The position numbers were made by a program, and so were the translations under genes. A stretch of 64,000 nt of DNA from Macrostomum lignano (taxonomy: Eukaryota). Shown here piece by piece: positions 1 through 11,408 of the stretch. Position 1 is the first letter of the stretch, and each line of letters starts with the position of its first letter. The notes below the pieces were generated by a model, which did not search any database, was not told where the DNA came from, and worked only from the letters and a program-made list of their open reading frames with translations. The DNA lies in NCBI GenBank assembly GCA_002269645.1, contig NIVC01002764.1, forward strand, positions 1 through 64,000, in the 5' to 3' direction.

Positions 1-1530
1 TTATAGTTATGCCTATCAGTACTTTAATAGCTAATATTTTTGTCTATACTATATTGTATACCTTCTCTATAATTCTATATGGACCAATGAACTATGGTAC
101 ACTAAAAGACCTGATTGAATTACTAAATCCCAATCCTAATCCTAACCCTCCCCAAAATATTTTCAATTCCAATCCTATTCAATAACTTCATTCCTATTTA
201 ACCTCTATCTTTGGATATTGGAGTTTTTAACTTTGCTAAACTTGACCTTATAAAGTTTCAATTTTTATCAAAATGGCTACTTTTTTAGTTTTGATAGTAT
301 ACAATTTAGACCTTGTGAAATTCCAAGTTTATCAAACATTTCTATGACTTATATAACTTATATAACTTCTATGATTTATATAAATTATATATTATATATA
401 CCTCCATTTCTATATTATTTATAACTGTTTGATTATAAATCTATGTCTAAATGGTTTAGATATAGACCTTATTTAAAAAATATTTGCTTAAGATTATAGA
501 AACTTAGCTGAATAATATATATATATATATATCAATAGTTCAACTTATATATCAATAGATAAACTTATACAAGTCATAGAAGTTATGATAAATCACGATA
601 TAACATAGAATTCTTGCATCTACACTAGCATATAAAACAAAAAATTGCAACTTTTTGGTATACAATTTCATATTAAATCTAGGCCTAATACAATTTTACC
701 AATATTAAAAAATTAATATAGCAGATTATTAGGCCTACTATTGATAAACTTGATAGACAGGTTAATTTTTGTTTTTCTAATTAATTGCCTACTTTATTTA
801 ATAGTCTAAATCATGAATTATAATATATAATGTAAAAATTATAATAGGCCCTATCTATATTTCTATATTATTTTATTTTATTTCTAAGAAATATAGTCTC
901 TAAATAAGTTGGCATATAAGTAAAGGTCTAATTTTAATTTTAATATAAAAAGTTTTTTATTTATATCTGTGTAATATTAACTTATATCTGTGTAAAATTG
1001 AAAAAACTAGAATTTTCATTTTGGTATATATCTGCTATGATCTAAACAGTATTGGGCACTGTTAATAAAAATCTTAACTTCCATTAATGGCAAGTGTTAG
1101 TGTTAAAACAAGAAAATCTTAATTTATTAACTTTTAAATTTGTTAAATAAACTGAAAGTTAACTGATAGTTGTTAAAAAGCATTAATCTGTTAAAGTTAA
1201 CCTAGAAAATATAGAAATCTTGTACTTTTTTTCAAAACAGACTTCAAAATATACTATCTTTGCTTTTCCATCTTTTTAGGGAAACACAGAGGTCATCTAA
1301 CTGGTTTATAAGCAAAAGTAATACATAATAAATTAAAAAACTTGTATGTATAATACTACTAAAAGTAAGCATACAGTAAAAGAATTAACTTATTTCTTTA
1401 AAACTTAAAAGCTAATTAGTTAATAATAAAATACAAATAGAAGAGTTGTTTCATTAGCATTAGCAGGCACAGGAGAAAGTTATGAAAGATTGGGAAAGAA
1501 GTGAGATCAAAGTGATCAATGCTCACACAG

Positions 1531-1685
1531 GGGCCATAGCATAGCAATAGTGCAGCTACTCTGGTGTGCCAGCAACCTAGGCTTGATTCCAAGTGCAGTC
1601 ACATTAATTTGGGGCTCAATTGGAATCTTGGCTTGGCTTTGCTTATGTAATTAACAGCTTTGAGAGCCAACCCCCTTAAGGCGCA
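1531..1685 (+). mobile_element. tRNA-derived SINE, family B, decayed copy
   Basis: A-box-like TAGCATAGCAATAG and B-box-like GGCTTGATTCC, then AAGTGCAGTCACATTAATTTGGGGCTCAATTGGAATCTTGGC. This aligns with the reverse complements of 52905-53135 and 58540-58755. Confidence 0.7.
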
Positions 1686-3319
1686 GATCATACTAGATGC
1701 ACAACCAAACAAAAATTGATTAATTTTAAATACATACCAAAAAAGGTAGTACAAGCCCATTCTCAAAAATGTGCCAGTGTTGCAACAATAAATGACCTTT
1801 TTTACATTGTGACAATAAATAACCTTTTTTAAATTGCATAATAAACCCCTATTAGCAAACTTTTTGGTTGATTTTTCTGCTTTTTTGGCAATTTTTTATA
1901 GCAAAAAATTGATACACACAAAGATTTGTTTAAATGCTTTCTACAATTTTAAAAAAACTAGAAAGCTTGAAATTTATGCTAAATAAATTTATGCTATATG
2001 CTACAATAATTCTTACATTTGATTCTTTAAAGTGCATGCCAGGCTTACATACACACATCTGTGCACGGCTAATTTTGACATGCAAGGCCAATGCTGCCCA
2101 AATTTTTGGACATATACTAGATGATCTGGAATGTGGCTGGTGCCCAACACTGGATCTAAATTATGGTATAAGTATATAGGCCTAAGTGTGCAATTTTCTT
2201 TTGCACTATACAATTTTTCCTAAATGCAATATAATAATATTATATTACAAGAATTAGGCCTACATTTTTTGTACAAAAATTCTATATTGATAGGCCTATA
2301 TATAGTTCAATTATTAGATATAGGCCTAGCCATAAGCCTAGAATATCTAATAGATCAAAATTTATTTATCTTTACTTTACTGTCGCCTATTATGTTATGC
2401 CTATATTATAGGTGTATACTAAAATGAAAACTAGGGCCAATTTTTAATAGGCTATAATTGTAGAATACAAATTTTATGTGTCATATAATTAAAGCATTTA
2501 CATAAATTATATATAAAAAGGCACTGACTAGACTATAGTCTTACATAAGTCCGATGATTTTTTTGATAAGTTCCTGATAAAGCATTGTTATGTGTTGAGC
2601 CATGTGGCTGAGAGTGAGTGGCTGAATTTCCTTTTCTATTCATATTAAAATGTTTTATTTGACTTTAGATGGGTGGCTGCAGAGAAGCGTAGGAATATAT
2701 AAAAATTTAAATAGAGAATTGAATTCACATAGGCCAAGTAACTAGGCCTAGGCCTAGACTTAGTAGGGCAAACAGTAAACACTAAAAATGAGCTAAAGAG
2801 CTACGAGAACACTCAATTACATTTAAAGTAGACTAGGCTTAGCTGCATAAAACTAAGAGGCATTAATTCAGTGACAGTCTGGATTTGGTCTATGTTTTAT
2901 GACTATATGCTATGATTATGAAGTGAAATGTTAATTTTACAAAGCCGCAAAGGAGTAATTTAAAAACTTGGCTAAATGAATTGAAGAGCCAATAAATACA
3001 CGGTTTGACGCTTGCTATCAATATTTAGATCCTCATCTACGGACTACTAGGCCTAGGCCCTACACTAAGACTAAGCTAACTCTCTCTCATATTCGCTTGA
3101 ATTTAATTTGTACTTCTAAAATTTAATTCTGGGCACTGAAACATAAGATGGGTAAAACAAAAAATAAACAACTTTTATATAAATATAAATCATATATATA
3201 AATCATATTTAAAAGTATGAATTAGAAAGAGAATAAAATAAATTTTTTTATGTTTTTTATTTTTTGCTACTTATTACAACTCCGAATTTGTACTTATTCC
3301 GTACTGTAGGTTGCTTTCA

Positions 3320-4835
3320 TTAAAATACGATACGTAATACAATACACGTCTAGTCGCACAGTCGCTGATAAAGGCAACACCGTTGGCCTGATCAGGCGAC
3401 TTGGCATCTTCTGTCAAACAGTCGACCAACCTCCGGGTCCGCGCGCTTGCCCCCGCCGGAAGTGGGCCCGCTGTGTCCACAGCAGAACCTCCTGCAGCGG
3501 TTCTCGCGGCAGTATGACTCGGCGCGGATGACGTTACCCGCCAGCTTCAGGCGTCGCTGTCGCAGGGTCACGCTGGGAGGGCTCAGCTTGGCCCGTTGAT
3601 AGAGGGCTTTGTTGGTGACGTGTTCGGCGTGACGGTGGATGTTGAAGGTAGCGCGTGAGTGTACCGCTTTATGATTGTCGCTCTCCAGGACCTCCGTCAT
3701 GGTCTATATAGAGGAGCACCGTTTCCACAACCGCCTGGAACAGTCGGGTCTTCTCAGCTGGTCCGACAGGGCGTCGTTTTGGAGCACGTACGACCAAAGA
3801 CAACTATCATTGGTCTTGTCATTATTTTAAACGTTTTTTTAAGTGACAGACCAATTTATCATAAAAAATCGATTAATGCGTCGTTAGAGCAGCATGTGAG
3901 GCACAAAATAGTGGAATTAGAACTTTCTCTGACACTGTTAAGAGACCCAATCACTGTTTTAGTGTTGAAAATCGTGAAATTTCCTATCTCCGTAGTGTAC
4001 TTTTCTGGTGAAACCTGCCTTTAAAACTTTTTTAAACGAAAAGCTTTATGAATTTCGATAGACCAATAAGAATTAAGGCACAACATATCACAAGATGAAC
4101 ACTGGATCTGCCTCCTATCAAAAACAATAACAATTTTTGTGCTGAAAAAATTAAAACCTCCTATCTCTGTAGTGTATTTTTCGGCGAAAAGTTGCCTTCA
4201 AAACATTAACCATAGATTTCGAGTGTTGCGTCCTATATTTATGTTACTTGAGTAGTCCTTGCGTACGACACGCACTGAGCGGAAAGCCACCCACGCGAGC
4301 CCTCTGCGGCGCTGCAGGTCCTCATGGACGCTGGGCACGAGACCGCCAAGGTACCAGAATTTCTCGCATCGGGGAAGCAGTGCTGCAGTCGTGCTGTCCC
4401 AGCTGGGAAGGCGAATGTCCATTGGCAGGTCAGCTGGCACAGTCAGGAATTCCGTCTTCTTGGCGTTGATCTTGAGGCCGACTCTCGCAGCAGCGTAGCT
4501 GGGCCGTTAAGGAGGCGTTGAGCACCGGCAGCAGTGGATGCCAGAAGGGCGAGGTCGTCAGCATAGCCGAGGACAGCCAGCCGCTTCTCCGGGTGCCGGC
4601 TGCTCGTTCGTTCGCCTGCATAGGATGTAGCCGTCCGAGTTGTCCGGAAGCCCTGTCCGCAACACCCAGTCCAGGATAAGGATGAACAGGAAGAGATCGA
4701 GCGAGGGTATCTCCTGCAGGACTCCGAATGAGGTGGTGAAGAAGTTGGAGAGGCCGTCAGGTGCGATCACAGCAGCGAACGTGTCTTGGTTGACCGCTGC
4801 GATCAGCTTCTCTGGACATTGTAGGCTCGAAGAAC
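3320..4835 (-). mobile_element. 5'-truncated, frameshifted RTE-clade non-LTR retrotransposon (RT C-terminal half)
   Basis: Minus-strand peptides GVLQ..LFLFILILDWVLR, LAVLGYADDLALLA (~4555), KFWYLGG..RRRGLAWVAF, RLFQAVVETVLLY and HVTNKALYQRAKL..RQRRLKLAG. GTATT-like tail at ~3320-3345. Interrupted by a MITE at 3795-4261. Confidence 0.8.
3795..4261. mobile_element. Non-autonomous hAT-type DNA transposon (MITE) inserted in the RTE relic
   Basis: 8-bp TSD CGTACGAC at 3787-3794 and 4262-4269. Imperfect 11-bp TIRs CAAAGACAACT / AGTAGTCCTTG (9/11). AT-rich non-coding interior with a ~50-bp internal direct repeat (~3978 and ~4153). Confidence 0.8.
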
Positions 4836-5601
4836 TAAAAACTTCATGGAAAGCTTCATCACTTTATGGTATCACGCGTCCTCCTTGGAGTGCCTTGAGT
4901 AGCACTTTATTCCGCTGATCCAATTCGACTCAATAAATTTTTGAACTGGGCTAAATTTTCGCACTGGCCTCAAGCTTGGCCTCAACATCGGAAATAGCAC
5001 ATTGTAACACGTACATCTTATTATGAATTATGAATCGACTAAGCGTGTGGCGTAATCTGCTGTGCATACCTGCATGTACAGCGTACATGCGCATAAAGTT
5101 TACACGAGCTTTAAACGTTAGTTGCATGTAAGGGGGAAGTAGCGCGGACTGCAGCATTCATTTCATCTTAACTTCTTAAAATTTAAATCCAATTCGAATG
5201 CAACTAGTGATTAAGCGTTTAACGATACGAAAAGAAACAGTGGTTTGTGAATAATTAATACTTGACAGATACATGTACATGTATGTGTGATGTGCAAGGA
5301 TTTGCGTATGAGCCGCGTTTTCAAGAATGAACTCCTTAGCAAATAAATTCACTTTTTATTTTCCGTGCTTCTGACTTTCTTCGAAAATCAAATTACTTTG
5401 GAGATCACTTCAAATGATACTCGTGAAATCCTTTATCACTTAGAAACAGTGCTGTCTTTTCAAGCATACACGCGAGTTGCAGAGAAAGAGAAACGTACAA
5501 ACGGTTGTTTCCTCGTTTGTTGGATGGACACCTTATACATGTAAGTTTCCTATGCAGAAAACTGTTTCCTACCAGGAGATTTACATGTAGCCTCCATAAA
5601 G

Positions 5602-8600
5602 CTACATGTTTACACAGTACATTTGCCTCCCCCACTGCCCAGTCGATCGCCATCGCCTCGCGCCACAACAGCCGAAAACGGCCTCGGCTGCGGCGGCAAT
5701 GGTATTGCGGAAGTCGCAGCGGTAGCGGGGCACAGAAGCGAGCAGAAGCAGTGGACTGATGAACAGCCGCAGTCCCGAGCACAGGCGAAGGATGAAGATT
5801 CCAGCCTCGTTCTCTTCGGCCCAGCCGAGCGGCTCTCCGCCGCGTCCGGCTGGATGCGACGTCTCCCGAAGTCGGTGGGCGAAGAAAGCGGAGCGCATTG
5901 AGGCTGTGCGGAAAAGCGTTGGTAGGCCCAACGCCACGAAGCCGGCGCAGCAGGCCAGTAGGCCGCGTCGGAGAGTACAGTGCAGATCCACGTCGATGAC
6001 GTAGTAGGCTAGGCCTGCACGGCGCCTGCGGAGGCCGCCGCCGGCGACGCCACAGATGCAACATGCGGCGACAACTGCAACTGGAAGCAGGTCGCCTACT
6101 AGCAGGTCGCTGATTGGCCAAATCCACACTGCGAACTGCTCCGTTATTGGCCATCGAAGGGTCCAGCCGCAGTAGAATGCACCCTCGGCGTCACCGGAGC
6201 CGCCGCTTACCTTCACAACGGCCAGCGTCCAGAGGTGGTGGCCATTCAGCAGCAGCACGAGAACGAATGCCAGGATGACGCTGTTTTTCACCCACTCGGC
6301 TGTGTAGCGCTCGATTCTCGAGACAGGCTGGCGAATCATGCGAACCGTGTCCAGCGCCAGCGACACCTGTTCGGGGATCGTAAATACACATGGAAAAATA
6401 AATCAGAGGACTAAATAAAGGAACAAGCAAGCGGGTCAAGTGACACTCAGAAAGCATTATTTTGAGAGCGGCAATGTTCACAATACAAATGTGTTTTATG
6501 AACGGATTTCGAAAAGATTAGCTTTTTGTATACCCGCTAAATGAGGTTTCGCCATTGACAAATTCGCGCTGAGAAATTAACTACGGGGACAGGAACAGCT
6601 GGAATTTGATTGATTACTGGTCTCTGGTAGAAATTTATGAAAAAATAATTTGATAGACTTGTGACTGCACCTTAAACCAAACACTATTGTCAAGTTTGAG
6701 CTTAAAAAACTGAAAACTTCCCATTTCGCAAATACATTTTGCAGGGGTTTGTAGCCTGTAGGGGGTTGTAGCCTAGTGATTAGAGCGTCGGACTCACGAC
6801 TTGAAGGTCGGGGGTTCGATTCCAATCCCACTGGAAAAACTTGTGTCCTTGAGCAAGACGCTTGACTCTGCATTGCTTCAGTTCACCTAGCTGTAAAATG
6901 GGTGCCAGCATTAGCTGGGGTAATTAAGGGTTTGTGTGGCGACCCCCCCCCCCAACAGCCGTACGCATCCTTTAGATGCGCCCGCGCAATAGCTGCGGCT
7001 GAGCTGCCGGTTGCACATCTGGTCCGATTGGGGCAGGTGCAATGAGTTATTACGAGTTATTTTTTTATTTTACAGCGAAGACCGCCCCCCTTCCGCGAGA
7101 TTCGCACAATCTGCGAGTGCAACGACCCCTCTGCATAACTTGTCCATGTATGAATAGTTGGCTCATCTCTTCAACACAAGACTAATAGCTTTCACAATTG
7201 GGCTCAAGGACTTCTTTAGCCAACCACCACGAACAGCATACCTGTAGGGCCGCTTTAAAGTGGAGCAATGTTGAATAGAGCATGTTAATCAGCTGACACG
7301 TTGACTCGTCCATAATTGCCAGAGTGAGCAGCAGTTTGATGTCGAAGGCGGCCTGCAGCCAGAGGTCGAGGAAGCGGAGCCACAGCATAGCGGTGTCGAG
7401 CCCTGCCAGCAGTGCCAGGTACAAGCAGACTGGCAGCTGCCGCTTGCTGTACATCAGCATAAGGCGGCCGTTAAGGCAGTTCAAGCAGCTGCCAACCAGC
7501 AGCAGCAGCGGCGCCAGCACGTTACTCGTCAGCAGGATGCCCTCCAAGGTGAAGTCGCCGGAGCACAGCGGCTGCTGATCTTGACTGTCACTTTCTACAA
7601 CTGAAGAGCTGCCGGACAGAGCTATTGTAGAGTTTTGACCTGCGGGCAGGGGAGTTTGAGCTCTTCAATTCCTTAATAGTGTCTGTAGGACTGTCTACTC
7701 GTATTTTAGTAGTCTATACGTTAGTACTGTTAATTATATGAAACTATCACTCAGAGAGTCGCTACAGAGACATAGAGAGAGTGCTACAGCATAGCACTTT
7801 TAAGACTCTGTCCTAGAGTGTGCGCAGCTGAGACAGCACCATTGAGACATTGTCCTAGAGTGTGTGCAGCTGAGACAGCACCATTGAGACATTATCCTAG
7901 AGTGTGTGCAGCTGAGACAGCACCATTGGGACATTGTCCTAGAATGTGCGCAGCTGAGACAGCACCATTGGGACATTGTCCTAGAGTGTGTGCAGCTGAG
8001 ACAGCACCATTGAGACATTGTCCTAGAATGTGCGCAGCTGAGACAGCACCATTGGGACATTGTCCTAGAATGTGTGCAGCTGAGACAGCACCATTGAGAC
8101 ATTGTCCTAGAATTTGCGCAGCTGAGACAGCACCATTGGACATTGTCCTAGAATGTGTGCAGCTGAGACAGCACCATTGAGACATTGTCCTAGAATGTGC
8201 GCAGCTGAGACAGCACCATTGGGACATTGTCCTAGAATGTGTGCAGCTGAGACAGCACCATTGAGACATTGTCCTAGAATGTGCGCAGCTGAGACAGCAC
8301 CATTGAGACAGTGTTATGCGCCATCAATGCACAATACCAGGGTATCAATACCAGATATCGGGACGCGGGCTGCCAGAGAAAAATTTCAAATCGTATTGAC
8401 TTCGCCAAGTCCTGCGCCGGCCACAGATGAGCCTTCATTATGAAGCCATTTCGCGCGCATCCCATCCTGGAGTATTCAATTTGCTATCTTCTAATCTCTT
8501 CTATCTCTCTCTCTCTCTAATTATCTGCCCCTTCTGCGGGCGCATAAATCAGCCAAGCGATTGTAGCGCTCTACCCCCAATTTGTCCCTCCGCTTCATCG

Positions 8601-9957
8601 TAAAGCGGGAGAACTGCTCCCCTCTGCGTGTCCGATCTTCGTCTGCAGTCGTACGACTTCGCTCTGATGATGAGATTTTGTCATCCGCGCGGGCGGGACT
8701 GCACCCGCCTTCGCGCAAAACGCTGAGTGTAGCTTCTCAAGGGAGACGAAAATTTCGCCTCCGAGGACTAATTCACTTACGCCCGGCTCCTTGGACGGGT
8801 GAATTAATTTCTCCCAAACCGAACCGAACGTTCGGGAATTGATTGGAACAGGAAAAATCCAGGAAATTTTATAACACTTCGGCGGCACCAGTTTGAGAAT
8901 GATTGAGAGGCTTTGTGGAAACGTAGCGAGACTGCCTTCAGTAGTTCTGTTGAATTTTTTTTACATGTACTATACTCAAGTCCAAAACGAGATCACATGC
9001 AAAAGCAGTTGTTACTCTAGTGAAATGATTTTTTTCTCAACCATCGACAGTTTTATCGAGTATACAATTAAAAGTCCGTTCCTCTGTCAGCGATAAAGAC
9101 AGCCCCGTCACTTTATCTGCAACCAGCTGTCATTCTTTCATCTGCAACCAGCTTCCATCCCTTCATCTGCAACCAGCTTCCATCCCTTCATCTGCAACCA
9201 GCTGTCATTCTTTCATCTGCAACCAGCTTCCATACCTTCATCTGCAACCAGCTTCCATACCTTCATCTGCAACCAGCTTCCATCCCTTCATCTGCAACCA
9301 GCTTCCATCTCTTCATCTGCAACCAGCTTCCATCCCTTCATCTGCAACCAGCTTCCATACCTTCATCTGCAACCAGCTTCCATCCCTTCATCTGCAACCA
9401 GCTTCCATACATTCATCTGCAACCAGCTTCCATACCTTCATCTGCAACCAGCTTCCATCTCTTCATCTGCAACCAGCTTCCATCCCTTCATCTGCAACCA
9501 GCTTCCATACCTTCATCTGCAACCAGCTTCCATACCTTCATCTGCAACCAGCTTCCATACCTTCATCTGCAACCAGCTTCCATCCCTTCATCTGCAACCA
9601 GCTTCCATACCTTCATCTGCAACCAGCTTCCATCCCTTCATCTGCAGTCGAACCTCCGGTCCATCACTCGCAGCATTGTTCAGAAATCTAATGAACATAT
9701 CTAAAAACATTTCTCTTACGAGCGCCGTCCGTAGCGGCTGGCGGCTCCTCATCGGCAGCCTCAGTCCACATGACACAATAGTAGTCGGTCAGGCGACTCG
9801 GGCACAGCCTGTTGCGGCTCCTATAGAAGCAGCCGCTGTTCACTACGTGGAACCTGCTGGTGTTCCGCCTGCGGGCCAGGTCGTCGTGCGGGTCGCTGGC
9901 GTGGCCGCCCTTGGCCGCTCTGAACCGGATTCGGCCGCCAGCACCGCCACGAGCCAT
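5602..9957 (-). CDS. Divergent rhodopsin-family (class A) peptide-receptor-like GPCR
   Basis: Exons 7639-7242 (TM1-TM3) and 6366-5602 (TM3-TM7) join in phase 0: ..FKAALQ|VSLALDTVRMIR. ECL cysteines, TM5 WPISDLLVGDLLP, TM7 ISPLLLL..PRYRCDFR. Exon 9957-9720 is a tentative, phase-compatible first exon (about 466 aa in total). Confidence 0.75.
6762..7070 (+). mobile_element. tRNA-derived CORE-SINE (family A) in the GPCR intron
   Basis: A-box TAGCCTAGTGAT and B-box GGTTCGATTCC (6813-6823). 6843-6903 (GTGTCCTTGAGCAAGACGCTTGACTCTGCATTGCTTCAGTTCACCTAGCTGTAAAATGGGT) closely resembles the MIR CORE as I recall it. Ends in GAGTTAT repeats and a T-rich tail. Confidence 0.8.
7810..8309. repeat. 42-bp minisatellite, ~12 copies
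   Basis: Unit GTCCTAGAATGTGTGCAGCTGAGACAGCACCATTGAGACATT; explains the 14-aa periodic ORFs. Confidence 0.95.
9113..9645. repeat. 25-bp minisatellite, ~21 copies
   Basis: Unit TCATCTGCAACCAGCTTCCATCCCT. Confidence 0.95.
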
Positions 9958-11408
9958 GCCGAGATTTCCGAGCAGCACTCAACCGACTCTGCGGGTTCTG
10001 TTGGCAGCTGTATCACACAGATTTTTACCCGGGACACAGTTGAATTAGGCGAGATGGAGAAGCTCAATCCCGTTAATAGTCTTTCCTTTTCCCTCTTCTC
10101 CTTTGAGGTGTCGGTGCGAAAAGACGGGTGAGATCTGGGGCGTCGCAGTCTTCAGTGGCGCCTGAGAAATCAGTGCTTTGCTGCTAGATGAGCCTCTGCC
10201 TTCCTTCCTGCTATTCCCAGCTCAAAGGCCAATGGATGCTGGCTCAGATCTCTGCATCTCTTCTCATCTCTATATCCACCTCATCTCCTGAGGCGCTCCC
10301 AGCCTGCAAACTCGGCCTGTCCGTTTCTGCCTTCTCTCTCTCTCTCTCACCCTTGGCTCCCTTCTTTTTAACCCCCGCGGCAACAACAAGCATCGAAAAG
10401 AGAAGGAGCTGAGGCCATGGGAAGTCATGGCGCGAACACTCGCACACGCGGATGCGGTGTCATTTCTCTTCTCAAATTTCTGGCTCCGATGGTCGGATCT
10501 CGAAATGGGGATTTCCTCCAGGGAAAGATGGAAAGAAAATTAATTCTCAGCTCCAACAGATGTGACCGCCCATACATATTCCTATCCATGTCCATTAATT
10601 CTGCTCTCTTGGCGGCCAAATAAATCCCCAAGGTGATGCTCCGCAATCAGGCTTTGAAAAATTATCCGCAATGCCTCCAGAGACTGCATGCGGCGCAGCA
10701 TCCCACTGCAACTGCCACTCCATAAAACCCCCGGGAATCAAACTTGCTTTGCTCAGGTGAGAAATCTTGATTGCCGTCTTAAATTGAATCCTCTTCATTG
10801 GTGCCTCTCATTCGACTCAAAATATGCACGGGCATCAATTCCCTCAGATATTTTTTCCGACAAAAACACTATACACCAGTGACGGATCAGCAGGGGCGAG
10901 GCAGTAGGGGGAAGTGCCCCCCCCCCCCCGAAATATAGTGATGGTGGCAGACAGCCTCTCTGAGTCATGACGGTAAGGACTGAGATGAAGCACGACTTGT
11001 TTTCGTACTTCTTATGTTATTCGTTTTGTGACTCAAAATTGCATAAATCTACGCTCGTAAAACGAATAGAAATTACTTGTTTGTTTGTTTCACTACGAAG
11101 CAACTGACTAAAACAAAAACAAAAAATCACTTCGCTATTTAATAAATAGTGCTCAACTTTTTGCTTGTTTTAGATTCCTAGATTTCGATAAGAGCGATTA
11201 TTCAAATCAACAATGACAATGTTTCCAAGAAACAAAGAGCTTATTAAAGTACACACGTGTTTCATTTTTTGATCATTTGCATCTGGGTAACAAAAAATCA
11301 AAGCCGAATTCAATCATGGAACTCGAAAATGGTGCCAAAAATACATGTAATAGCAGCATTTTTGACTTGCAGTGACAGTTAGTTGGTCATTAGGCAGTTT
11401 AGCACTTT

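Noticed and set aside
1934-2427. Short ORFs in the AT-rich window start
   Set aside because: Low-complexity composition, no splice or motif support.
6762-6835. tRNA gene (apparent CAC anticodon)
   Set aside because: T-stem and anticodon stem do not pair properly, and the sequence continues into a CORE domain and tail, so it is a SINE head.
7810-9645. CRISPR-like arrays (also 28725-29340, 30879-32690, 48225-49690)
   Set aside because: Head-to-tail tandem units with no unique spacers, no cas genes, and a eukaryotic intron context.
10877-10925. CAGTGACGGATC.. possible DNA transposon terminal repeat
   Set aside because: No matching inverted end or TSD was found nearby.
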